Below are positions 1-9,408 of a DNA stretch of 64,000 nucleotides, piece after piece (within the stretch, counting starts at the first letter, position 1; each line of letters begins with the position of its first letter). The position numbers were made by a program, and so were the translations under genes. The stretch is from an uncultured Litoreibacter sp. (GTDB lineage Bacteria > Pseudomonadota > Alphaproteobacteria > Rhodobacterales > Rhodobacteraceae), in assembly GCA_947492995.1 (NCBI GenBank), contig CANLOU010000007.1, positions 6,900 through 70,899 of the forward strand, written 5' to 3'. The notes below the pieces were generated by a model, which saw only the letters and a program-made list of their open reading frames with translations, did not search any database and was not told the DNA's origin.

Positions 1-742
1 CCGGATCATAGGATGGGTCAGAACGGCCACTTGCCAACCATTCAAGATAGGTCGCCCTGCTTCGTGCTGAAATATCAGAATACCCAGGCCAGTATGACAT
101 GCCCTCCCCTGCCCTGTCGTCCCCTGTCCTCGCGACGGAGAGAGAAGGGTCGATGTAAGCCCTGCATTTGTCGCGATAGCCATGGTGATTGAGCAAAGGC
201 GGCGTGCCGACATAAACCATTCCACCAATATCTCGCGCAGCAACACTCGCGGTCTCTGCCGCTGGTATCCAGCCATTTTTACGTGAATTTGATTGCGGCT
301 TGTGTGCTGTTGGCCGGGCGTTCTCATACCGCTTCGCAATGGCCGAAAGGGCTGGTGCCGCAGACTGGCCGGCACGCACGATTTCCGCGTAGTCCTGTTT
401 TGGTGGTTTGGGCGGCGCTGTCGACGATGATTGAATAGCATTCGCTTCGCGAGTTCTCTCTCGCTCACGTTCGAAGCGTTTTTCGTGGGCACTTACGCGG
501 GCCACTGGCTCGGATTGAGTTACTCTTGTGTTTGTGCTTTCCGCGGCAAGCACTTTGGCTTCCACTTTTCGGGATCGTCTCTTTTCTTGCCACCAGACCA
601 AAACGATAGGTAACCCGAAGGCGAAGAGCATTTGACCGCCAACGGGCCAGCCTTGCAACACGGTCACTACGGCAACCATGCACAACAAAAAATAGAGCGC
701 GTAAAAAAATAGAATTCGAAAAAGCTTTAGTATTGATGACAT
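1..742 (-). CDS. TerB N-terminal domain-containing membrane protein, N-terminal part only (ORF runs off the left edge)
   Basis: Hand translation of the minus strand shows an open frame from the stop at 920-922 down to base 1, with the first ATG at 742-740. The N-terminus is MSSILKLFRILFFYALYFLLCMVAVVTVLQGWPVGGQMLFAFGLPIVLVWW (two hydrophobic helices). Further on it reads ...GGMVYVGTPP...GMSYWPGYSDISARSRATYLEWLASGRSDPSYDP, the YWPxY..YLxWLaxGR pattern I associate with TerB_N. It is absent from the ORF track because it has no stop inside the window. Confidence 0.55.
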   Translation of the reverse strand, partial: MSSILKLFRILFFYALYFLLCMVAVVTVLQGWPVGGQMLFAFGLPIVLVWWQEKRRSRKVEAKVLAAESTNTRVTQSEPVARVSAHEKRFERERERTREANAIQSSSTAPPKPPKQDYAEIVRAGQSAAPALSAIAKRYENARPTAHKPQSNSRKNGWIPAAETASVAARDIGGMVYVGTPPLLNHHGYRDKCRAYIDPSLSVARTGDDRAGEGMSYWPGYSDISARSRATYLEWLASGRSDPSYDP

Positions 743-993
743 TAACAAAACCCTCTTACGAATTACTTTAGTTTGTGAGGTTTTCGATGCAATCACTATC
801 GCTAAAGTAGAAACGCAAATCTCAGCGATTTTCAAATACCGTTCGAAAATGTCTTCGGTTAGGTGCTCTCCTTCAAAAAAACTTCCGCGCTTGAGATATA
901 ACCATCTCAATGATCCGATTTACATGGGGTCCCGAAGGCAGTGCAAATTTCCCACTTTTCTGTCCAAGTGCCCAAACTAACAGGTCAATTAGC

Positions 994-2529
994 TCACTGG
1001 GAAAGAGAAGTTGACCATTGCATTCGATCCTCCATCAGTTTTGCGAACGGAACGATGTCGCCCCCAACACTCGCCGACTCCAAGGCAGACATATATGCTG
1101 CTCGATGCTCAACATCGATAACTGTCCAGGGGTAGCCGCCGGATGCAAACATTGCGTTCATCAAGAAACGTGCCATGCGCCCGTTTCCGTCGGGATAAGG
1201 GTGGATATAACCGAGTAGCCAGTGCCCAAGAACAGCGCGAACCGCTGCGGAATCTTCATTCTCGAGTCTTTTGAATAGGGTCTCCATACCGTCGGCAATA
1301 GCTTCCACGCGCGGCGGCGTGTGACGTGATCCCCGCAGATACACTGGATGATTTCGGTAGCCAGCCAATGCGCCAGCCTTCAGGATACCTGCCGTCACAG
1401 ACGGCCGGAATAACTCTTCATACCAACTATCATGATCTTGTTTGGCCGCCTGCCCTGCCGACACCCCCGTTAGTATTCTTTCAATCGACGCACGGACGGA
1501 TTGAAAGGCTTGCCAGTAACCGCGAGCCGCAAGCGCATCGACATCCTTCTTGTGTTCCACATTTCCAAGAGGGTCGAAGGACCCCTGTCGCACTTGCTCG
1601 ATCAACTCTGTAGTGACGGAATAGCCTTCAATGGACAGTGAGTGATAGGCATCGTTGACGTAGATGTCGTCGATCACCGCCAGATACGTATCTTTGTCGG
1701 CAGGCATACCTGGTTCGTCAGGAAATATGCCTAGAATGGCGTCGCGATGTGTGTCCCACGCAGCATTGATCCGAGCCGCAAGTGGCGAGCTGCCCACTTC
1801 GAGGGGTATTACGTGGGCACCATCCTCGAACGGGTTCCTCTCCCGGACATCGTAGTCAGCGGCCTTCATCTTCTTGAGAATTGTGTCGGCCTCATTGTCG
1901 CGCCCAACGCGACGCAACGCACCCGCAATCCGCCCTGCGGCCAAAACGTGCCCGCCGTCGAGCAATTTGACAAGCAAGGGACCTGTATTCCTCAAACCGC
2001 TCAAGACAATTTGCGCTTCCATTGCGTAGGAGCGGTAGAATGCTTCGGGGACGTTGATGAGCGCCGCTTCAACGGTGAGAATGAACAGCCCATCTTTTGT
2101 GACGATGTCGCTCTTTGGAGGCAGGTCCTTCTTGAGGTCGTATAGCGACGTGTCGAACGGCAGCGCCGTGTTGTTGCCAGACCCCTTGGGTGTCCAAACG
2201 ATCACTTGCTTCGGAATGTGGGTGCTTTCGGCGTGCAAAAGTAAAGATTGCTCGGACGAGAAGCACCACTCCACGCCATAGCGTTCGTGGCAGTACCGAC
2301 GACAGAAGTCCCAGAATGATGTGTACCAGAAGGTCGAGTCATGGGACTTGTCTTGTGGTCGAGTCACAATCAGCCAGCCCAGAATGACATCTGTTAGGAA
2401 ACCGTTTTTCTTGAGCCTCTCTCGGTGGGTCCGGCTAAGCTCACCGCTTCGAAGGACGTTGCCATGTTCCGCTTGTCGCTCCTTGAGAAGCTCGAGCGAG
2501 GCTGCAAGTTTTTCATTTGGGGTAGCCAT
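994..2529 (-). CDS. Fic/DOC family protein (putative AMPylase)
   Basis: 511-aa ORF with the canonical Fic motif HPYPDGNGRMAR (HxFx[D/E]GNGRxxR) near the C-terminus. Coding-like composition. Confidence 0.85.
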   Translation of the reverse strand: MATPNEKLAASLELLKERQAEHGNVLRSGELSRTHRERLKKNGFLTDVILGWLIVTRPQDKSHDSTFWYTSFWDFCRRYCHERYGVEWCFSSEQSLLLHAESTHIPKQVIVWTPKGSGNNTALPFDTSLYDLKKDLPPKSDIVTKDGLFILTVEAALINVPEAFYRSYAMEAQIVLSGLRNTGPLLVKLLDGGHVLAAGRIAGALRRVGRDNEADTILKKMKAADYDVRERNPFEDGAHVIPLEVGSSPLAARINAAWDTHRDAILGIFPDEPGMPADKDTYLAVIDDIYVNDAYHSLSIEGYSVTTELIEQVRQGSFDPLGNVEHKKDVDALAARGYWQAFQSVRASIERILTGVSAGQAAKQDHDSWYEELFRPSVTAGILKAGALAGYRNHPVYLRGSRHTPPRVEAIADGMETLFKRLENEDSAAVRAVLGHWLLGYIHPYPDGNGRMARFLMNAMFASGGYPWTVIDVEHRAAYMSALESASVGGDIVPFAKLMEDRMQWSTSLSQ

Positions 2530-2887
2530 AATAAGAAGGTAACCTTCCTAAAGAAGTTGCCGGTACTTCACGCGTATTAAGAGCTGTACATTTAGACGTA
2601 AAGCGTGTCGTTTGTATACACGTTTTTTAAGCCGTGCAATCACACGTAAAGTTAGATGTGCATCTTGACGGGTTTTATGCTGATCCCGCATGGGACCCGC
2701 AACTGAACGGGAGCGTTCGCCACCGATGAAAAGTCGAAGCCAGACCGATAGAAAGTGAAGAAATTCTGACGCCCCTGCCCCACTCACAAAGACAATAGAT
2801 GTCGCGACACACCGCACGATAAGACTTACGCTTTGAGTAGAAAAAATACTCGGTAGTATATCGCGTTCTTCACGGGGCCGATCAAAA

Positions 2888-2926
2888 ATCCAACTTTCGC
2901 GCATGTAAGATGCGCGAAAGTTGGAT
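2888..2926. repeat. Perfect 17-bp inverted repeat (hairpin), 5-nt loop
   Basis: ATCCAACTTTCGCGCAT (2888-2904), loop GTAAG, ATGCGCGAAAGTTGGAT (2910-2926). Read on the minus strand it is followed by TTTTGATC, so it could terminate a minus-strand transcript coming from the repA-divergent region. Confidence 0.8.
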
Positions 2927-3318
2927 CTCAATCTTGATCCAAGGCAAAATCGCTATCTGCCACAGAGCCCAAGGCCACCAAGCCGATTTTTTGTCCGCGG
3001 CAACAACTTACATAAGTTCCTACCATCCGACCGATTCGAGCCATAGACATGTTTGCTATCAATTGCGATCATGTGCCTAAGAGCTACAACATGTTGCGAC
3101 AATCCATCAAAAACCGATAAAATGTTTTTTTTCAACATGTTACCTAAGGTTCTTCGGGCATGACGGCTGAATTGAAGAATCCATTGCCACCGAAAAGGCC
3201 AAAAAATTGTTGCCTGGGGATAAGTTGCGTGTCATGAGTTCAATTGTCGCAATCTGACGTAAATCACGCCTTTTAGCGACGAAACACAGATGACCCACTA
3301 AGAGGTCGTGAGGGCAGC

Positions 3319-4521
3319 ATGAATTCAAACGCTAATATCGCGCAAACCAGCTCTATCGCCGCATCTATTGCGTCGAACGCTGCCCGCCTATCCGAAGCGC
3401 TTAACAACCATATGCGCAATAGCTTCCAGCCGGACAGCCGAAAAGCGCTACGTAAGTTTCATCCTGCGGAAGTATCAGAGCTCACCGGCATCAGTATGTC
3501 GAACCTTCGAACGCGGCATCAAGAAGGTGATTTCCCTGATGTAGAGACGGATTCCAGAGGTCGCAGGCTCTATACCGCCCAAGAGATTGACCAAATCCGC
3601 CATGTGATGGCAAAGACCGGTCGGAATGGCGAAACATACCTTCCCGGACGGCGCGAGAACGATGCCCTTCAGGTTATTTCTATAGTGAACTTCAAAGGCG
3701 GATCCAGCAAGACAACCAGCGCAATCCACTTGGCTCAACGCTATGCGTTGCGAGGCTATCGAGTACTTGCGATCGACATGGACCCACAGGCGAGCTTGAC
3801 CACGATGTTCGGGTACCGTCCTGAGATCGAGTTTGCTGAGAGCGGCACCGTTTACGACGCGCTAAAATACGAAGACCCTGTGCCGCTGAGCCAAGTCATC
3901 CGAAAAACATATTTTCACAACCTTGACCTCGCTCCGGCAGGTCTCTTGCTATCCGAGTACGAGACCGAAACTGCGTATGCGCTTCAGCACAAGATCGACC
4001 CGCCATTCACACAACGCCTTGCGATCGCTCTCGACGAGGTCGAAGCAGACTACGATCTCGTCATCATCGATTGCCCGCCTCAGCTTGGCTTCACAACAAT
4101 GACAGCTTTGTTGGCGTCTACCGGCCTTCTAATCACGGTTGTTCCTAGCATGTTGGATGTTGCATCAATGGCGCAATTCCTTGAAATGGCTGGAGAAACT
4201 GTCCAAACTCTCGAAGAGGCGGCGGGGCCTATCGACTGGAACTTCCTTAAGTTTTTGGTCGCTCGATATGAGCCAACGGACGTACCACAGTCACAAATGG
4301 CGGGTTTCTTACGTTCCATTCTCCTCGATCAGGTTTTGACCACACCGATGCTCAAATCCACAGCGATCTCTGACGCTGGCATGACACAGCAAACCATCTA
4401 TGAGCTGGATCCCTCGCAAGTCGTAAAAAAGACACTAACCCGCATATTAGAGTCTGTTAATGGCGTCGCGGATGAATTCGAAAAGACGATCCAGCAAGCT
4501 TGGGGAAGGGAAACTGACTAA
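3319..4521 (+). CDS. repA: RepA, ParA-type partition ATPase of a repABC operon
   Basis: 400 aa with the deviant Walker A VNFKGGSSKTTSAIHLAQ and DMDPQASLT. Directly followed by the repB and repC homologs. Confidence 0.95.
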   Translation: MNSNANIAQTSSIAASIASNAARLSEALNNHMRNSFQPDSRKALRKFHPAEVSELTGISMSNLRTRHQEGDFPDVETDSRGRRLYTAQEIDQIRHVMAKTGRNGETYLPGRRENDALQVISIVNFKGGSSKTTSAIHLAQRYALRGYRVLAIDMDPQASLTTMFGYRPEIEFAESGTVYDALKYEDPVPLSQVIRKTYFHNLDLAPAGLLLSEYETETAYALQHKIDPPFTQRLAIALDEVEADYDLVIIDCPPQLGFTTMTALLASTGLLITVVPSMLDVASMAQFLEMAGETVQTLEEAAGPIDWNFLKFLVARYEPTDVPQSQMAGFLRSILLDQVLTTPMLKSTAISDAGMTQQTIYELDPSQVVKKTLTRILESVNGVADEFEKTIQQAWGRETD

Positions 4522-5498
4522 TGGCCCGTAGAAACCTATTCCAGCCCCCTCCCCCACCCGATGCGGCCAGCACTGCGGCGCCGACCGAAGATCAAAAGTC
4601 GCGTTTCCCAAATACGGGCGCAATGAGCGGCGTGAAATCCACGCTGAAGGATGTTGCGAGCAATGCAGTGAGAGAAATCTCCGTTGATGTCATTGAAGAA
4701 GACGGCCCTAAGGACCGTCTCACTTTCACCGATGCCGATGTTGTAACATTGGCTGAGAGCATCAAGTCACACGGCCAACAAGTGCCGATTATGGTGCGCC
4801 CCATCGCGGACAAACCGGGACACTACAAGATTGTCTATGGTCGCCGCAGATTGCGGGCCTTGCGATCTCTCGGCCTCCCAGCAAAAGCACTCGTTAGGTC
4901 TCTTTCTGACGAAGAGGCGATACTTGCCCAGGGACAAGAGAACACTCAACGTTTGGATCCAAGCTTCATTGAAAAAGCGCTTTTCGCCACCGAGCTGGCT
5001 ACAAGCGGCTACGAACAAGCAATCATTCTAGATGCCCTCGCTGTGGACAAGCCAATGCTGTCGCGCATGACCAAAGTTGCACGGTCTATTCCAAAGTCAG
5101 TCATCGAGAAGATTGGCTCCGCGCATGGCATTGGACGCAGACGCTGGGAAGAGCTGGCAGACCAGTCGCGCAGCGATAGCGTCGATCTTGAACAGGTCAC
5201 CGCAACGCTTCAGTTTAATGCTGCCAAGAGCTCCGACGACCGCTTTGGCTTAGTCAGTGATGCCATTACTCAGGCGCTTAAATCTCAAGCGCCAGACAAA
5301 CCGGCTGCCCCCCCTACCCTCTCCATCAAGCTTAGCGATGGGACGGCTTTGGCCGAGGTAAAGGAAACGGCACGTGCTTTGACATTTAAGCTGTCAAAGT
5401 CTGATGCACCAGAATTTGCTCAGTGGATGCGCAACAACGCAGAAGCTGAGCTTACACGCCTCTATGAGGCGTGGCAGTCAGAGGAAAAGTCTGACTGA
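4521..5498 (+). CDS. repB: RepB, ParB-type centromere-binding protein
   Basis: 325 aa with ParB N-terminal motifs (HGQQVPIMVRP, YKIVYGRRRLRA). Its start overlaps the repA stop (ATGA-type junction). Confidence 0.9.
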   Translation: MARRNLFQPPPPPDAASTAAPTEDQKSRFPNTGAMSGVKSTLKDVASNAVREISVDVIEEDGPKDRLTFTDADVVTLAESIKSHGQQVPIMVRPIADKPGHYKIVYGRRRLRALRSLGLPAKALVRSLSDEEAILAQGQENTQRLDPSFIEKALFATELATSGYEQAIILDALAVDKPMLSRMTKVARSIPKSVIEKIGSAHGIGRRRWEELADQSRSDSVDLEQVTATLQFNAAKSSDDRFGLVSDAITQALKSQAPDKPAAPPTLSIKLSDGTALAEVKETARALTFKLSKSDAPEFAQWMRNNAEAELTRLYEAWQSEEKSD

Positions 5499-5725
5499 TA
5501 TCGACCGAGCAGTAAAACTTAAAAAAGGAGCACGACCAACAACCCAAAAAAGAAAGAGCCCCCCAAGGTTTCCCTAGGAGAGCCCAATCTGTTCTTTGCA
5601 CTTTCAGATTTACCAGCTTCTCCGCGCCAGTCAATAACAACCGATTCGGTTGACGAAGATTTGCGGCCTTTTTCCTGATTTTCAGAGATATCGGAGCCTT
5701 TCACATCAGGTTGTCGTGAAAAAAC

Positions 5726-6820
5726 ATGGCATTTATACAAGCAACTGCACCCACTGGGCTGCGGACCAGTGAAAGATTGTCCGCGGACAATTCCTTTCCA
5801 GAACGCCACATCGTTGTCGCAACGCTCCGAAAAGCAGCACCGCGACTCGGCCTCAGTGCATCGGTGATTTCGACTTTGGACGCGATGCTTTCGTGCCTCG
5901 CCCCAAAGCGCAACCACCACACCGTGTTTGCATCAAACTCAACTCTCACGTTCCGGCGCAATGGCATCTCAGACAGAACAATCAGACGCCACGCAGCGAC
6001 GCTTCAAGAAATTGGCCTGCTCGTTCGCCGTGACAGCCCCAATCGGAAACGATTCACAAAGCACAACAACCACGCCGGCCAAGCCCTTCGCTTTGGCTTT
6101 GACCTATCACCACTTTTCGAGCGTCTGCATGAAATTGCTTCAATGGCGGCTGAAGTCATGAAGGAACGAGAGCAAATTGACTATTTGCGTGCCAAAATCC
6201 GAGCGGCAGCCAATGCAAGCCTGGTCAACAACCCAAACGATGCGGTGGCTCTGAACGTCTTTCGTGTCCTCCGTCGGAAATTGTCCCTTAACGACTGTGA
6301 GAAAATTCTCTCAACCCTGCCAATCAAAGAAGTTGAGGCAGAGTCAGCAGATGATCAAACTACTAATTTAACGACTACATTGACCGCCAGTGACGGCCAA
6401 AATGTCCGGCACCATCATAAGTCAAATAAAGAACATATTGATAAAGAGAACATCCCACAAAAAAAACGAAACACTCCAATACCTTCAGATGCTCCAATCA
6501 CAATACCAGAATTGCTATCGGCATGTCCGGAAGCAGCCGAGTTTTTGCTGAGGAAAATAGAAACTGTTTCTGACGTCGTAGCTCACGCACGAACGTTGGC
6601 GCCAATGATAGGGATCAGCCCTCAAAGCTACGAAGCAGCTCATGAGCGACTGGGTGCGTTAAGAGCAGCGGCAACTGTTTGGGCCATCATGCAGTTCCAT
6701 GACAAAATCAAAACAGTTGGTGCGTATTTTAGATCACTAACCACAGGATCAAAGAGCGAAGGTTTTAGCCCAGAGAGACTCATCAGGCGTCTGGCTTTGG
6801 CGCAAAATCATGCGCCTTGA
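5726..6820 (+). CDS. repC: RepC replication initiator
   Basis: 364 aa with a RepC-like N-terminus (TAPTGLR...) and RHAATLQEIGLLVRRDSPNRKRF. It sits in the third position of the repABC cassette, after a 227-bp repB-repC gap. Confidence 0.9.
   Translation: MAFIQATAPTGLRTSERLSADNSFPERHIVVATLRKAAPRLGLSASVISTLDAMLSCLAPKRNHHTVFASNSTLTFRRNGISDRTIRRHAATLQEIGLLVRRDSPNRKRFTKHNNHAGQALRFGFDLSPLFERLHEIASMAAEVMKEREQIDYLRAKIRAAANASLVNNPNDAVALNVFRVLRRKLSLNDCEKILSTLPIKEVEAESADDQTTNLTTTLTASDGQNVRHHHKSNKEHIDKENIPQKKRNTPIPSDAPITIPELLSACPEAAEFLLRKIETVSDVVAHARTLAPMIGISPQSYEAAHERLGALRAAATVWAIMQFHDKIKTVGAYFRSLTTGSKSEGFSPERLIRRLALAQNHAP
5776..5791. promoter_or_regulatory. parS-like 16-bp palindrome (copy 1, inside the 5' end of repC)
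   Basis: ATTGTCCGCGGACAAT is a perfect palindrome. It fits the repABC parS pattern xTTNNCNGCNGNNAAx. Confidence 0.7.
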
Positions 6821-6827
6821 TTTCACA

Positions 6828-6843
6828 ATTGTCCGCGGACAAT
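6828..6843. promoter_or_regulatory. parS-like 16-bp palindrome (copy 2, 8 nt after the repC stop)
   Basis: Identical ATTGTCCGCGGACAAT. A degenerate half-copy, TTGTCCGCGGCAAC, lies at 2991-3004 upstream of repA. Confidence 0.7.
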
Positions 6844-7339
6844 ATTCCAAGCAACATCGCCAGTTTTAATGGACTGCCAGCCATTCAACGATAGAAAAGC
6901 TGCCAAGTCTTGCTGTTGGTAGCGGTACAAATTTCATTGCGTTCAGATGAGATCGGGCATGGCGGACTGATCTATAAACAGCCTGACACGAACCTTTGCC
7001 TATACATTGCGCCCATCATTTAGGCGCAAACCGTGTTTCAGTCACTATTGAGCCGAATTCAGTTACCCTGAGGTGATTTCCAGACGCGGGATTCACTTAA
7101 AATATTTAATTATCAATGAGTTAACTAAAAATTGCCTATGGTTTCTTGGTACAGTTATCTGAAGGCAGATTCTTTCCTGTCTTGAGATATTTTGCATTCC
7201 CTAAATTCAAATGCAACCTGATGTTATCTTAAAGTGAAAGTTTCCTTCTTGTTTTGAGACTGTCTGAAGGAACCCTTGTGGGTGTTCCTGACGGGTCCGG
7301 GTCGGTTTCCGGCCTGTCTGTCCGGACAAGGAACCTCTC

Positions 7340-7810
7340 ATGCAAACAGAAGTATTGCGCGTGCTGCGAACTGAAGCTCAGTCGTGGTGGCGGCATCGAG
7401 AGCTTAGAAGAACTGATGACCTTGATGAGGCTTGTCGGCTGGAACGCCAAACTATCCTACGTGACCTTGGCTACCTTCGGACTGCGATCAACAACCCCAA
7501 CGCTTATGTCAGCTGCGGTGGGGGAGGGACCATTATTCACCTCGGGCTGGCAACAGTCTCGCTCTATGCCCCCGTTGAACGCTTCCCGCTCGCCAGCTTG
7601 GCCATCCGGCTTGGAACGCCACTGATCGACTACCGTCCCGTCCGCGACATCATCGCTTTCGCAAACCTGCCCAGGGTCACAATGGACGGCCGGATCGATC
7701 CAGAGCCTTGGACGGCCTCAAGCCGTGTATCGCTCCTGACATATATCGACGCTGCCGAACGCCTCGGCGCTCGTATCGTCAACGATCCGTGCGCAGGTCG
7801 CGCGACCTAA
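7340..7810 (+). CDS. Hypothetical protein (first gene of the co-oriented block)
   Basis: 156-aa ORF with AAGGAA 6 nt upstream of the ATG. Coding-like composition. Its end overlaps the long upstream extension of the ardC frame. No motif recognised. Confidence 0.6.
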   Translation: MQTEVLRVLRTEAQSWWRHRELRRTDDLDEACRLERQTILRDLGYLRTAINNPNAYVSCGGGGTIIHLGLATVSLYAPVERFPLASLAIRLGTPLIDYRPVRDIIAFANLPRVTMDGRIDPEPWTASSRVSLLTYIDAAERLGARIVNDPCAGRAT

Positions 7811-7851
7811 CCCAACCTTCCAAATCAACCCCAACCGAAAGGAGGCCAGCC

Positions 7852-8784
7852 ATGGCCCGTTCCCGCACGTCCAAATTCGACGCATCCGAAGCCATCACCA
7901 ATGAACTCATCCGCATCATCGAACGCGGCGTTCTCCCTTGGCGCAAGCCGTGGACCGCAGGCGGCAGTGCGCGTCCATTGCGCCACAACTCTGAACCCTA
8001 TCAGGGCGTGAACAACTTCCTGCTCACCATGCGCACGGTGGTGGCAGGATATACCTCTCCGTTCTGGATGACGGTGCCGCAGGCGAATACGCTTGGAGCT
8101 AAGATCCGGAAGGGCGAACGATCGTCTGTTGTTGTTTACTATGGCCAGAGCCGAACGCGGTCGGACGATGAGCAAGGCACCAATGATGGCGATACCGCAG
8201 AAGCGCGCGTGTTTCGGTTCCAGAAATCATACCGCGTGTTCAATGCCGACCAAATCGAAGGGCTGCCCGAGGCGTTCCATCCAGATCCGGCGCCAACGCC
8301 AGAACACGCAACAGATCAGGCTATCCCGCATATGCAGAGTTTCTTTGACGCTATCGATATCACGACAGTCTTTGCAGGGGATGAGGCGCGCTACAGTCCT
8401 CCCGTCGACAAGGTGTTCATGCCGGGTATCTCCCGCTTCAAGAACCCGCTGAACTTCTACGGGGTCTGGGCGCACGAGCTTGCCCATGCCACCAAGGCGC
8501 CCCATCGCTTGAATCGAGACTACGGTCTCAGCCGATTTGGCAACACAGCCTATTCCCGCGAAGAGATCGTCGCAGAACTGACGTCCTGCTTTCTGGGGCA
8601 GGAGCTTGGGTTCACTGCGCATACGCTAGAGCTGAACGCGTCGTATCTATATCACTGGCTGCGTGTGCTGCGCTCGGACAAAACCGCGATCTTCAAACAC
8701 GCGGCGGACGCCCAGAAGGCCTGCGATTATCTGATCGCGAGGTCGGAAGCGGGCAGGGCAGGGGCCACCGATCAGGCCGCTTGA
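7852..8784 (+). CDS. ardC: ArdC-like antirestriction protein (ssDNA-binding N-domain + zincin metalloprotease)
   Basis: The internal ATG at 7852 is preceded by GGAGG at 7841-7845. N-terminal LPWRKPW / NSEPYQGVNNFLL (DUF1738-like) and a C-terminal HELAHAT metalloprotease motif. Confidence 0.85.
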   Translation: MARSRTSKFDASEAITNELIRIIERGVLPWRKPWTAGGSARPLRHNSEPYQGVNNFLLTMRTVVAGYTSPFWMTVPQANTLGAKIRKGERSSVVVYYGQSRTRSDDEQGTNDGDTAEARVFRFQKSYRVFNADQIEGLPEAFHPDPAPTPEHATDQAIPHMQSFFDAIDITTVFAGDEARYSPPVDKVFMPGISRFKNPLNFYGVWAHELAHATKAPHRLNRDYGLSRFGNTAYSREEIVAELTSCFLGQELGFTAHTLELNASYLYHWLRVLRSDKTAIFKHAADAQKACDYLIARSEAGRAGATDQAA

Positions 8785-8874
8785 GAGGTCTGGTGCTGTC
8801 GCTGCCTGCGGGTCTCAAAGAGTGAAAGCAAGCTTTTGGTTTTGTGTTTTCAATTTCCTAGAAAGGACAGCCCC

Positions 8875-9264
8875 ATGACCACTTCCGCACTCCCTCAAAC
8901 CGAAGACCCCGACATCGCAGCAATCGCGGCGCAGAATGATGCCTTCCGCAAACTCGCCTGCCTTGGCATCGCACCGGATCAGTCCATTGCCGGCCGTATG
9001 CATGTCACACGGTCTCTTGCTGAAGCCGAAGATGGCTTCATGGCTGAGGCGGTCAAAGCAACAGGTGAGTTCGACGTCTTTGAACCCGAGAATGATCCAG
9101 ACAGATGCCACGACTTCGGGGCCGTGGATATCCGGGGGCAAAAGGTCTTTTGGAAGATCGATCTTTATGAGGCGGATAGCGATTTCCGCTACGGCGCTGA
9201 GACCCCTGACAATCCTGCAACCACCATGCGCGTACTGACCATCATGATGGCATCTGACTGGTAG
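8875..9264 (+). CDS. DUF3768-like protein
   Basis: ATG at 8875 after GAAAGGA. The sequence ...FDVFEPENDPDRCHDFGAVDIRGQKVFWKIDLY... resembles DUF3768 as I remember it. The family name is tentative. Confidence 0.65.
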   Translation: MTTSALPQTEDPDIAAIAAQNDAFRKLACLGIAPDQSIAGRMHVTRSLAEAEDGFMAEAVKATGEFDVFEPENDPDRCHDFGAVDIRGQKVFWKIDLYEADSDFRYGAETPDNPATTMRVLTIMMASDW

Positions 9265-9289
9265 GGCAGGGACCCAACTACAATCCCAA

Positions 9290-9329
9290 GGCTCGCTGAC
9301 CCTCTCCAAAGGGAATGCGGGCCTTTTTT
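9290..9329 (+). terminator. Candidate intrinsic terminator
   Basis: GGCTCGC (9290-9296) pairs with GCGGGCC (9317-9323) with one G-U pair. An inner CCCT/AGGG stem is present, and T6 follows at 9324-9329. Confidence 0.5.
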
Positions 9330-9408
9330 CCATGTGATCCTCAAATCCGGGGATTGGTCAGGCCGTGTCGAATGTTCGGGGCGGCACAACATCTCAAAAG
9401 GATATCAC

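Noticed and set aside
2548-2931. 127-aa minus-strand ORF upstream of fic
   Set aside because: It has a TTG start inside the 17-bp hairpin, lies in an AT-rich regulatory-looking region, and has no RBS. Its composition is not protein-like.
7158-7270. Reshuffled short motifs (TCTGAAGG at 7158 and 7263; TTGAGA-containing segments) in the AT-rich region before the first leading-region gene
   Set aside because: The matches are only 8-mers in an AT-rich spacer, with no consistent spacing or symmetry. They are probably promoter-region composition rather than a defined repeat.
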